DNA of 64,000 nt from a virus (lineage: Duplodnaviria; Caudoviricetes), in IMG/VR virus record IMGVR_UViG_3300032232_001064, positions 1 to 64,000 of that record; one strand, written 5' to 3'. Each line of letters opens with the position of its first letter. The stretch's first letter is position 1. Below the pieces are notes generated by a model. It was not told the origin of the DNA. It was given only the letters and a program-made list of their open reading frames with translations, and ran no database searches. The position numbers and the translations under genes were made by a program. Positions 26,503 to 36,700 of the stretch are shown here, piece after piece.

Positions 26503-27411
26503 TTAACTCGCTGGAAAGCAGCGCTCGTACAGCACGTCAATGTTTTCGTGGAAAGTATTCTGAGCAACCCAGCTTCGAGCAACATTTGTTATGAGTGCTA
26601 CTTCAGAGATGTCCGGCCTTGCTCGCGCGTTTGGATTGTTTTTAAGGTACCGAGCGATCTGCATATCGCATTGATTCGCAAGCGCATCGTCAATGACAGC
26701 CTGGGTCATCTTTGTTTCTGAGAAAAACTGATTGACAACCGTGGCAATTTCGTCGATGCTGTTGTCCCACGGTGAATCAGCGACGAGCTTCCACTCGATG
26801 AGAAGTCGCAGTAGTTCAAAGAATGTTCTTGCCGTTTTCGGCATGTTGTTCTCGTTGACGTCAAAATCTTCTTTACTCGGGTCAGCAAGTATTGCGTAGA
26901 AAAGATGACCAACATTGTCAACAGAAATGATCGGAGCGTACGTCTTAATGTCTCCCATTGACCCTACTAGTGTGCTGTTGAAGATATCGGAGACTGCAGA
27001 GTCAGTTGCTCTTGTAAAAACGTATGGCCCTTTCATTGACGTGTCGCAGCGGCCCGATGACAGGTCCTGTGTAGATCGTGAGCCAGTAAACGTAAATATT
27101 CCTGTTGAAGAACTTGGTGGTATTGCCAAGTATCTTGAAGCATCTGCGTGATCAATGCTATTTATCGAATAGGTTGTGCCGTTGTAGTCCAGCGTGTACG
27201 TATAGGTCTTCACCAACCCGCTAAGGCCAAGAAAGATGTTTCCTCTATCGTCGACAAAAAGACCGCTAGGCTTGTCATAAGTAGGACGAGGGCCACGGTT
27301 AACTGTGATCGAGTATTCGCTCGGATCTATAGCCGTGTATGTCGTCGCCGGTGTTGATAGCCCGTCATGTTGAACGACAAAGATACTTGCATAGTCGTTT
27401 AGAGCCGTCAT
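26503..27411 (-). CDS. Hypothetical protein downstream of tail fibre (302 aa)
   Basis: ATGA-type overlap with fibre gene; last gene of the structural operon. Confidence 0.7.
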   Translation of the reverse strand: MTALNDYASIFVVQHDGLSTPATTYTAIDPSEYSITVNRGPRPTYDKPSGLFVDDRGNIFLGLSGLVKTYTYTLDYNGTTYSINSIDHADASRYLAIPPSSSTGIFTFTGSRSTQDLSSGRCDTSMKGPYVFTRATDSAVSDIFNSTLVGSMGDIKTYAPIISVDNVGHLFYAILADPSKEDFDVNENNMPKTARTFFELLRLLIEWKLVADSPWDNSIDEIATVVNQFFSETKMTQAVIDDALANQCDMQIARYLKNNPNARARPDISEVALITNVARSWVAQNTFHENIDVLYERCFPAS

Positions 27412-29639
27412 AACATCGCCACCTTTTGCTTAAGTTCTTCTATCTCTTTGTACAGGTCTTGGATCAATGCAAGCATCGGTGGAATCATGATCGGCGCACT
27501 CCAACCCTCTGCTTCGCCGTCATCATTTATGTCGCACGCGATAGGGTATTTGTCAATAAGAGTGTCAGCGATAAATCCAGGAATATCCATTCCTTTTCGC
27601 TTATCGCCTTCAATTAAGATCTCGTCTTTGTACTTGAATTGGACAACTTCGATGTCCAGAAGTCTTTTAGGATCAAGATCACTATTTGTAAGCGGAATAA
27701 TGTCTCGTTTGTACCTTGCCGCGCTGCTAAATCTGCAAAGCGTTCCGCCTGTTGTTGCATTGCCCCAATAGGCCGCGGCCGCAGCACTAGTCGACAACGT
27801 CGATGTATTAAAGAATGAGGCAGCAGCAAGCTGACCAGAGCACGTGTCGCCTACGTCGCTTCGAAGAAACGAACTTGCGTGCAAGGTGTCTAGCTTGTCG
27901 GCGTCAAGCCCTGTACCAGCGCCGTCATTCTCAGATGTCCAAATTTTAGCGCCTACACCCGTTGAAGACCAAAACGGTGACACGCCGTCTGTGTAAAAGC
28001 CGTCATTGGTCGCCGCAAACCTATAGGCTGGCGCTGCTGCGCTGCCGTTACCTGTTGCTCTAACCGCAGCCCCTGTTGCGAGACCAGTCACTGTGACCGT
28101 GGCCCCTGTCACGGCACCAGTCGCAGCGACAGAGGCACCTGATATAGCGCCAGTCGTTGCGATCGGCAGTCCTACAAGGCTAATGCCGGCCGGGCCGACG
28201 GTGATATTCGGCGTTCCTGTATCGACTCTGCCGACAAATCCAGTCGAAGCACTCAACGAAAAGTTGATGCCCGTATTTCTGTTAGCTCCTGCGCTTCCAT
28301 AGATGATGTTAGCACCCATGTATATCGCGTCATTGAGGTTGAGGCACGTACCAGTTATACCTACGACAACCGACGATCCAGTGACCACACCAACTCTAAT
28401 TGCTCCAGTGTTTGGAGTCAGTAGAAATGGTGCAGTAGCTTGACTGCCTTTTGCGACACCAGAGTAGACTTGACCTGTATTGCTAATGTGAAGCGACGTA
28501 ATGTCATTACCGCCAACATCAAGCGATCCGTCATTGCTGATTTTAAGAGGCGCTGCATCAAAGCCGGATACACCGGCGCCGGCCCAAATGTTCCCAAGCG
28601 GTGAAATATGCAATGACTCCGCATCGTTGCCGCCAATGTCGATCTGGCCTGTCGGAGAAACTTTAAACTCGCCAGTGCCGGCGGCTGTGCCGATCGTAAT
28701 GCCGCCGCTATTGGTTATGAAAAGCGCGGTACTCTCGATTGTTCCGACTGCGTCAGTTACCGCTCCGGTTTCTGTATTGGCTACTCGGATCGTGTTCGAT
28801 GTCACAGCTGTGACAACAAATGTGCCGTTATAGCCAGCAGGCGCGAGGCCAGAGATGGTTACAGCATCGCCGGCGACAAGTGCGTGAGTCGCAGTTGTCG
28901 TATACGTAACACTTCCTGCAGCCGGGCTACTCGGCGTGACGGCGCTCGTCGTGTAGTCACGTCGCGGTCCGATTCGCACATCGCCCGTCGTGTCAATACG
29001 GAATTCTGCATCAGCGAATGAAACACCGCCGGTCCACACTTGACCAGCGTTGTTGACTCGTAGCCAGTTCGGAGACGTGCCGACAGACAGTTCACCAGTT
29101 GCCGACACTTGAAACGGAGCGGTCGAGTATGTAGCTGAGCCGAAGTAGATACCAGTGTCTTTTACGAAGAATGTCGCCGCACCGGAACCAGCCTGCAACG
29201 TTCCTGTGATCGTGACAATTGCAGAAAGCGTTCCTGTCGTGATCTTTCCTGCATTGAGGTTAGCGATGGCCGCGTTGCCGAGGCCGAATGCCGTCCACTG
29301 CTCGGTCGCACCGACAAGTTCCCATCGTGAGATCGCGTTGTCGTTGTCGGTGTCAAACCATAGGTCGCCGATGACGTAAGCGCCGCCGACAGGTTCGGTT
29401 GCTTGTCTATAGATCGCATTTTTGCCGTCAGCTGTTGCTTGAATGAAGTTGTTGACCTCATTGCTCAGCTCGCCAAAGTCGACTTGATTCGGCGCAATCA
29501 TCGTTCCGATGATTACACGTTGACCAATACTTCTCGGCGCCGGCCGACGCCGAACGGTGCTGAGGTTTGCCTCTGCTGTAAGAAAGCGCTGCGTGAACGT
29601 GCGGCGACTGCGGCGTAAGTTACTGGCCAACTGCGTCAA
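27408..29639 (-). CDS. Tail fibre/spike with C-terminal intramolecular chaperone (peptidase S74-like)
   Basis: Beta-repeat shaft, 'LDADKLD' motif, 'SAARYKRDI..L...F.YK...GFIA' and terminal coiled coil. Confidence 0.85.
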   Translation of the reverse strand: MTQLASNLRRSRRTFTQRFLTAEANLSTVRRRPAPRSIGQRVIIGTMIAPNQVDFGELSNEVNNFIQATADGKNAIYRQATEPVGGAYVIGDLWFDTDNDNAISRWELVGATEQWTAFGLGNAAIANLNAGKITTGTLSAIVTITGTLQAGSGAATFFVKDTGIYFGSATYSTAPFQVSATGELSVGTSPNWLRVNNAGQVWTGGVSFADAEFRIDTTGDVRIGPRRDYTTSAVTPSSPAAGSVTYTTTATHALVAGDAVTISGLAPAGYNGTFVVTAVTSNTIRVANTETGAVTDAVGTIESTALFITNSGGITIGTAAGTGEFKVSPTGQIDIGGNDAESLHISPLGNIWAGAGVSGFDAAPLKISNDGSLDVGGNDITSLHISNTGQVYSGVAKGSQATAPFLLTPNTGAIRVGVVTGSSVVVGITGTCLNLNDAIYMGANIIYGSAGANRNTGINFSLSASTGFVGRVDTGTPNITVGPAGISLVGLPIATTGAISGASVAATGAVTGATVTVTGLATGAAVRATGNGSAAAPAYRFAATNDGFYTDGVSPFWSSTGVGAKIWTSENDGAGTGLDADKLDTLHASSFLRSDVGDTCSGQLAAASFFNTSTLSTSAAAAAYWGNATTGGTLCRFSSAARYKRDIIPLTNSDLDPKRLLDIEVVQFKYKDEILIEGDKRKGMDIPGFIADTLIDKYPIACDINDDGEAEGWSAPIMIPPMLALIQDLYKEIEELKQKVAML

Positions 29640-31839
29640 CCTTCCACTCTGGAATCAGAAGAACCTCGACGCCTTCAGGAAATGCAACACCGTCTGGCAC
29701 CGAAACTTTTACGTTCTCGATCTTGCGGACGATCAACGTGTCGCGAATCTCGAGGTCGCTCGCAAGACGCATTTTCACAAATGCATCGTCAACGATGACA
29801 GCGCACCAGTCACCAGGTTTGTATGTTCCTACGATCGGTGAGATCGAACCGTTGATCGAGATCTTTATGTCAGACACTGGAGGGCGAAATTCGTCTAAGT
29901 ACCGCTGCGCTTGGCTATACAGCACGGCCTCGTCCGCCTCATCTTGCTTTGTCTCGTCGAGGTCAAGAAGTGGCCAACCAGAGAGCAGAAGATCTGTAGC
30001 TGTCGCCGCCGCATACGGTTGGCTAATGTCATCGCCGAGGTCGCTGACGTTGCCGACAACAAAGAATCGAGTAGCCGCGTTTTCAGCAGACTCGTCAATC
30101 GTCACCTCATTGACATTGCCTGGGTACTCGAACACGAACTTGTCAGCACCGTATCGGCTAAGTGGTGCAACCTCGCCAGCGGCCGGCGGGTTTGGAAAGT
30201 TGATCGGTAGAAACACGAACGTGCGCGTAAATGACCCAGTGACCGGATCATAGTCGCAGTCAACACGGTACTCAAAGCCGTCGATGACGTCAGAGTATTG
30301 GTCAAGTTCTTCGCCGATTGACCGAAGTTCATAGCCACGGTATGTCTTATTGTCGACCTTGACCGTGCTGTAGTCGCTCGTTGAGTAGTCAAACCCGATG
30401 TCTGAATATCCGGGATATGCACCGTACGTGCCACTTATTGCTTGTGGGTACACCGTTCCGGATCCGGAGACAGTCGTCAACGCAATGTCTGGAGACACGA
30501 CGTACGGATAGTACGTAAACTTTCTCGATGCCTGTGCCGAGCCTGTTGCTGTAGTAACAGCCGTCGTAGTAGCATTTGTCACGCTAAATGTGTACGGCGC
30601 GACATCGACGTGAATGTCCGTCACGGTGAATGACCCGTTGTATCCAGCCGGGGCGGTGCCAGAGACAACGACCGTGTCGCCAACGATCAGCGAATGCGGT
30701 GCGTCTACTGTATACGTGACCTTACCAGCCGTAGGCGAGCTAGGAGTGACGGCAGTGACATTGAATGTCGGAATTGACACGATCTGATGCGAACCGTTGA
30801 ATACGACATACGTGTCAGTAGAACCATCGACTCCACTTATCTCGATGCGCTGGCCGGCGGTGAATCCATGAGCAACAGACGTTGTCAACGTTGCGACATT
30901 GCTAGTAAGCTGCTTTTTAGTGATCGTTCTTGTCACGCCTGTGACAGCAGTGCTCGCGACGTCTGTTGCAGTTTTAGCGTACGAGATCGTGTTTTCGGTT
31001 ACTGATTGAATCTCAAAGTCGCCGTTGAACGTGGCGTCTAGGTTTTGTACCGAGACAGACTGCCCTGGGATCAGCTCGTGATCTAGTAGCGTCGTAATCG
31101 TTGCGACGTTGCCAGTCAACTGCTTATTTGTGATCGAGTACGAATATCCAGCACTTGGTTGAATATCGCCGTTCGGGAACGAGATATCAGAAAAGTCGAT
31201 GCCCATCTCGTCGATCAACGCTCGAATATACTCGTACGTGTCGACGCGCACTTTGACTGTTGTGTTCGAGTGAATTCCGTCAGGAAGCCCAGGCACGGTG
31301 ACTGTAAATGTCGTACTACTTAGACCTGGAGAAAGAATCGTGTAGTAGCCGTTGAATTGAAAGTTTCCGACCTCGTAAAACTCAAGCTTGACAGGTCCAC
31401 CAGCTGAAAACGGAAATGACGCGAAGTCCAAACCGACCGCCGTAAGACCAGAGCCGCCGGTTGTTACTGCTGTTGCACTGAAGTCGTGACTATACGTCTT
31501 CCAGATATTTCTATGGTGAAGGTAGCTTGTGAACTCGGACGCGTTGACGCTCAGAGTCTTCGAAGACGCCGCGTATGACCGACTCCATATGATTCCGCCC
31601 CAAACGCACGCATCGTTTCTTACAACATACAATGCAGTCCTTCCTGGCATTGTGTTGTTGTAGAGACTCAGTGCCGCGGTATCATCGAATACACCGATGC
31701 TTCCTGAAAAAGAACCAGCGCTTTTCAACGCTCTTTCATACGAAACACCGATAAAAGGAATCTCTGCAAGAACGGTATTTGTCATCAGATCAACTGTGAA
31801 ATACCGATATGTTGGAACTATCGAATCAAATGTCGACAT
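29620..31839 (-). CDS. Minor tail/baseplate hub protein with inserted beta modules
   Basis: Position after Dit; 'YRY...DL.T..VLAE.P...VSY.R.L..AGSFS' N-terminus and 'D.AATR' C-terminal region. Confidence 0.75.
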   Translation of the reverse strand: MSTFDSIVPTYRYFTVDLMTNTVLAEIPFIGVSYERALKSAGSFSGSIGVFDDTAALSLYNNTMPGRTALYVVRNDACVWGGIIWSRSYAASSKTLSVNASEFTSYLHHRNIWKTYSHDFSATAVTTGGSGLTAVGLDFASFPFSAGGPVKLEFYEVGNFQFNGYYTILSPGLSSTTFTVTVPGLPDGIHSNTTVKVRVDTYEYIRALIDEMGIDFSDISFPNGDIQPSAGYSYSITNKQLTGNVATITTLLDHELIPGQSVSVQNLDATFNGDFEIQSVTENTISYAKTATDVASTAVTGVTRTITKKQLTSNVATLTTSVAHGFTAGQRIEISGVDGSTDTYVVFNGSHQIVSIPTFNVTAVTPSSPTAGKVTYTVDAPHSLIVGDTVVVSGTAPAGYNGSFTVTDIHVDVAPYTFSVTNATTTAVTTATGSAQASRKFTYYPYVVSPDIALTTVSGSGTVYPQAISGTYGAYPGYSDIGFDYSTSDYSTVKVDNKTYRGYELRSIGEELDQYSDVIDGFEYRVDCDYDPVTGSFTRTFVFLPINFPNPPAAGEVAPLSRYGADKFVFEYPGNVNEVTIDESAENAATRFFVVGNVSDLGDDISQPYAAATATDLLLSGWPLLDLDETKQDEADEAVLYSQAQRYLDEFRPPVSDIKISINGSISPIVGTYKPGDWCAVIVDDAFVKMRLASDLEIRDTLIVRKIENVKVSVPDGVAFPEGVEVLLIPEWKVDAVGQ

Positions 31840-31860
31840 GTTCGTCTCTCCATGATGTCG

Positions 31861-33057
31861 CTAACCTATCCAGCCGGACCTATAGAAAATCCTAAGTGTT
31901 GCAGTAGAATTCACTGCGCCTTGATCTACAAACTTTATCTCATTCACGCCTGAACTAAGTGTTATCCAGTCGGTCAGTGTGTCGACATACGTACGCGCGC
32001 CAAGTGTTACTCCATTGAGCGCTACTTCTTTAGTGTACGTGTCGATCTCGAGAATGTCCTTATCTCGTGACACTAAGCCAGTGACTGCTGAAGGACCAAA
32101 GTTTGTCGCCGTGACGCTGTACTTGAATGTTGTTGTTGTTGGCGTATCAGTTACTTCAAAGACACCGTTTGCAGATGATCCAACGTTTTCTACAACAACT
32201 ATGTCACCTGGAACCAGCCCGTGAGCTGTGGATGTTGTCAATGTTGCGACATTAGCGACGATTTGTGCTGTAGTTACTGACCAGGATCCAGCTTCTCGAA
32301 GAGGTGAAACTATTGTCAGCACGGTACTTGTTGTTGTGTTTTTTATTGTTGCCGGCGCTGTGATCGGCCCAGCGACCTCAAGGAACATAGTGACGGCTGT
32401 ATTTCCAAGATTTTGGATCTGCACGGCGCCTGTCGCAGACGTCGAATTGTTGAAGCACGGCAAAGTGACGATGTCATAGCCGTCAACATCTGCGTTGTTC
32501 CAAGAATATTTGACAGGATCGGCGGCTCGTAGTCCAACTGAAAACTCCGTACGGCCTTTCGCGTTGACTGTTTGAAGCTCTGGACGTCCGCTAAGCCGTA
32601 CGTACGACGCGCGCGTGGGATTCTCGTTTGTCTTCAGCCAAGCGCCACGACGAACAAGATCCAGTTCACGAATAAACGTGTCTCGAGCGGCCGGAAGATA
32701 CTGCGGTTCTGGTGGAAGAATCACACCCTTTAGAGTTATCTGCCGCGCAGCCCATCTTCCTGATGCATCATATGAACCGTCGCCCCAGCCTCTTGGCACG
32801 TCTGGAAGTTCCGGATCAGGATGCTGCCACCAGCCCTCGATGTCAGTGCAAACCCAGATGACGTTGTTACTGTCAATCTTGTTGAGCACAAGGCTGCCGA
32901 TTGAAACGTCCTGCTGGAGCTTCATGCCGGTGAACACCGGCGGAGGTAGCGGAGTCAGTGACTTATTGACTACGGCCGTTTCTCTACCCTGCTCAGTAAA
33001 CGCAGGATACGCGCCGTCGCCATACCCTCCTGCACCGTACGCGGGATACGTAGCCAT
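31861..33057 (-). CDS. Distal tail (Dit-like) protein
   Basis: 'GW...P......R.WGDG...GRWAAR.ITL.G', 'F..GLRA.DP.KY', ends 'YRSGW'. Confidence 0.75.
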   Translation of the reverse strand: MATYPAYGAGGYGDGAYPAFTEQGRETAVVNKSLTPLPPPVFTGMKLQQDVSIGSLVLNKIDSNNVIWVCTDIEGWWQHPDPELPDVPRGWGDGSYDASGRWAARQITLKGVILPPEPQYLPAARDTFIRELDLVRRGAWLKTNENPTRASYVRLSGRPELQTVNAKGRTEFSVGLRAADPVKYSWNNADVDGYDIVTLPCFNNSTSATGAVQIQNLGNTAVTMFLEVAGPITAPATIKNTTTSTVLTIVSPLREAGSWSVTTAQIVANVATLTTSTAHGLVPGDIVVVENVGSSANGVFEVTDTPTTTTFKYSVTATNFGPSAVTGLVSRDKDILEIDTYTKEVALNGVTLGARTYVDTLTDWITLSSGVNEIKFVDQGAVNSTATLRIFYRSGWIG

Positions 33058-33073
33058 CTAAGTACCTTCGCGC

Positions 33074-33694
33074 TTACGCCACGTCGCCGTGGGTAATGTT
33101 TGTTGTTCCGCCTGTGGACAGCCCGAGGTCAGTAAACTGAAGCCAGCTTCCAGCCTTCGGTGTTAGTGTTCCAGAAGCTACAGAAACTTGAAGAGGTAGG
33201 CGACCTGTGGCCGTGCCTTTTAAGATCATCCCTTTAGCACGTATGACATAAATTGCTGCCGTGTTTCCACCAGTAATCGCCTTGTTTGTTGTCGAGTTGA
33301 ACTCGTTAACGCCAGTGTACGATGTCGACGTTCCAACGACTGTTTCAAGTGAAACCTGCACGTTTGCTTGAAAGAGTGTTGCCGCTGTTGCAGCCCAGCC
33401 AAGTGTGATCGCGCCGGTAGCAGAGTTTGCCACGCGCAAGAAGTACTCGAAGGCGTAAAGACGATTCAAAGTCAAGTTCGGAGAAACGCCATATGCGTTT
33501 GTCGCAACAGTTGTGATCGCTGCGCCGTCAGTTGCTCTGTAGAAAAATTGAGTGTTTGCAAGTTGATAACTCGTTGCAGCACTTGAATACTTGAATCGGC
33601 CATCCAGCGCGTTGATGACTGCGTTGAGAGTAGTTCCCCAAGTGAGGTCACCGTTGTTCGGGATCGGTGTCACACCGTCAATGAGATTTGCCAT
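33074..33694 (-). CDS. Hypothetical minor tail protein (206 aa)
   Basis: Between tape measure and Dit; 'WG..LN....ALD' N-terminus. Confidence 0.65.
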   Translation of the reverse strand: MANLIDGVTPIPNNGDLTWGTTLNAVINALDGRFKYSSAATSYQLANTQFFYRATDGAAITTVATNAYGVSPNLTLNRLYAFEYFLRVANSATGAITLGWAATAATLFQANVQVSLETVVGTSTSYTGVNEFNSTTNKAITGGNTAAIYVIRAKGMILKGTATGRLPLQVSVASGTLTPKAGSWLQFTDLGLSTGGTTNITHGDVA

Positions 33695-33728
33695 GTTCGC
33701 TCCGTTTCAGCGTTGAAGTAATCATAAC

Positions 33729-36700
33729 CTACGCAGCTCCTCGACGAAGCTGGAAGGCAAGTTGTCGCGACACCATCGCCGCAAGTTCAGCCTCGTCCAT
33801 GCCCTTAGACGGATAGACATTCAAGTGGATTATGGTGCCACCGGAACGGTCTCTATTTAGCGGATCATTTTTAACCATCTCTGCTAGACCACTTTGTTTC
33901 ATGATCTGCATCGCGCGCGCTTGGTTCGTCAATGGAATTATGGCCTCACGACCTGCTTCACCTATAAGAGCCAGAGTCGCTTTATTGACAATTCCACCAT
34001 CAGCAAAAAGAGGGATATCTGGCACATCAAAGCCTTTGCCGCCAATGAGCGGCACCCAGTCTGGAATGTGGAACGACAACTTTCCGACCGTGTTGTTCCA
34101 CACGCTTGCTACAGCGTTGAACGCGGATTTGGCCGCGTTTTTTATTCCGTCAAAGAGTCCAGATGCGAATTTACTTATTCTGTCGGGTATGCCTTTGACA
34201 AAGTTGACAATGTTGTCGATTCGATCGCTGACCCAGTCTTTTGCCTCTGTCATTTTGTCTTTGATCCAATAGAAGCCTCTCGCAAAGCCCGTGGCTATTC
34301 TTCCAGTAAGTCCAGAGACAAAACCAACAATGTCGCCGATTCTGTCACTGACCCAATTTTTTGCCTCGGTCATCTTGGTCTTTATCCAAGAAAACCCATC
34401 GGCGAACGCTGAACCGATGCGCCCTGGAAGGTTAATGAAAAAGTTGACTACATCAGTGATTCGAAGCGCAATCCAGTCTTTCACTGCTGTGAACTTTGTA
34501 CGTAGCCACATGAAGCCATCTGCGAATGCTTCTCCAAGTCGACTGGGCAGCCCTCTATAAAACGCGATGATGTCAAGAATGCGTTGCCAGAGCCAATCTT
34601 TTACTTCAGTGAACTTGTCACGTAGCCACATGAAGCCATCTGCGAATGCCGCACCGATCTTGCCTGGAAGACCGGTAAAGAAGTCGATGACGTCAAGAAT
34701 CCGTGCCCAAAGCCAGTTTTTTACGGCGATAAACTTATCGCGTAGCCACATGAAGCCATCAGCAAAGGCTGCGCCAATCTTGCTAGGTAGGTTCTTGAAG
34801 AAGTCAATGACCGCAACAAACGCATTGACAATAAAGTCTTTACCGGCGCTAAAGGCTTTTTTAATGTATTCCCAGACTTTGGAAAATGCTCCACTTATTT
34901 TATTCCAGATGTCAATAAAGAATGTCTTTATGGCACCCCATACCAAGAAGAACGCGTCTTTAATAGCTCTCCAAGCGGCTGAAAAGTGTTTCTTGACACC
35001 GTCCATGTCGCCTCTAAAAAGAGAAAAGATCCCTTGAACGACTTCCCACATGGCTGAAAAGATTTTTATGACAGCAGCGACGATTGGGATGAAAAACTTT
35101 ATTGCAGCTTTCAGTCGATCGATGACAATCAACAGTCCAAACTTGATGATCGGAACTACATATTTACCGAGCACGTCGCCGATAGTCTTAAATATGCTAT
35201 TAAGACTCTTCATAGCGCCTTCGGTTCCACCGAATTTGCTAAGAACGTCGTCAAGCACCGCCTTTATTTCGTTGAATGCGTCAACAAGTGCGCCCCAAAC
35301 GACGTCTACAAGATCTTTAATCGCCTTCCTAAAGACCTCGCTCTTTTTGTACGCCATGACAAGGATAGCAACCACCGCAGCTATAGCTGCTACGACCGCT
35401 AGGCCGATACCGGCGCCTCCACCGAACAGCATTCCAATACCCTCAAACGCCTTAATGAGGAAGCCCACTATCTTTACAGCTTTGAGTATGTATCCGCCGA
35501 TAACTCTAAATACGAATCCCACTGCCTTGCTCATGAGACGAAAAGCTTTAACGCCTCCCATGATTCCTGCTGCAAACAAAAGAACCTTTTGCACAGACTC
35601 ATTGCCAAAGACTTTATTGACAACACCTAGTGCTTTTGTCAAGATGCCAAAGAAAACTTCTAGTGACTTTGTCTCAGTGAATTGCTTAAAGAAAATAACT
35701 GCTTGATCTGCAAAATCGGCCAAGTACGGCGATCCTGATGTAAGCGTGTCGATGATCGTCCCAACGTCTGGAACAACGTCCTTGATCTTGTCGGCAAACG
35801 TGCCGATACTTTGGTTATCACCGAGCTTGAGAAATTCCTTGACAACAGTTGTCGCAAGTGATCCAAGCTTCTCGGTGTTCTTTGAAGTGTCGAGGAAGAA
35901 CTTTTCAAGTCGACCGTCTTTAAGAAGTTTGTCCGTGAACTCGCTGAATTTCTTTGTAGCGCCCTCAAACGAGTCCATGAGCAACTGGCCACCGCTACCT
36001 GGGCCGGCGGCAGCTTCGCCGATATCCTTAAGGCCTTCCCAGATATTTCTAAAAATTCTTCCAAGTTGCTTGGCTACGTCGCCGGCCTTCATGAACATGT
36101 CACGAAGTTCGCCAGTCTTATTCTTAGTTTCTAGTGTCTCTTTCCAGCCCGTTGTTAGGGTCGCAATCCATCCTGAAAATTCAGTGATCAGCGGGCCGGC
36201 TGCTGTAAGCAGCGAAAGCATCATGTCGTACAGGTTGCCGAAAGCTGTACCCAGATCTTTAATGACTACATTGTTCGTTTCGCCGATTTCTTCAAGCTCG
36301 CTCAGGTTCGACGACTCGGTGACTACGTCAGCAAGGTTGACGGCAACTTCACCGATTGCCTTGCCCGTCTCTTGGAACATAGGCACAAGAACGGGAAAAA
36401 GCTTATCAACAAGCGTCTGCATCGCCTGCGTCAATAGCGGAAATAGATCCTTACCGGCAGCAGCACGAAGTTCTTTAAACTTGCCTTTGATAGAAACTAT
36501 GTACTTTACGAAGTCTTGAGCTTCTTTTGAAAGATCGGCAAGCGGATCTGCGCCTCCGCCGGCTGCGGCAGTTCCCTTTTTAGCGTCTGCTAGCGCTTCT
36601 TCAGCATCGACCTGCGAGCGTAGCGCATCGCGCTCAGCCCTGGCTTTCGCATCCGTTGCTTCTTCTACGGCCTCGGTTGCGGCGACGACTTCTTTTGAAC

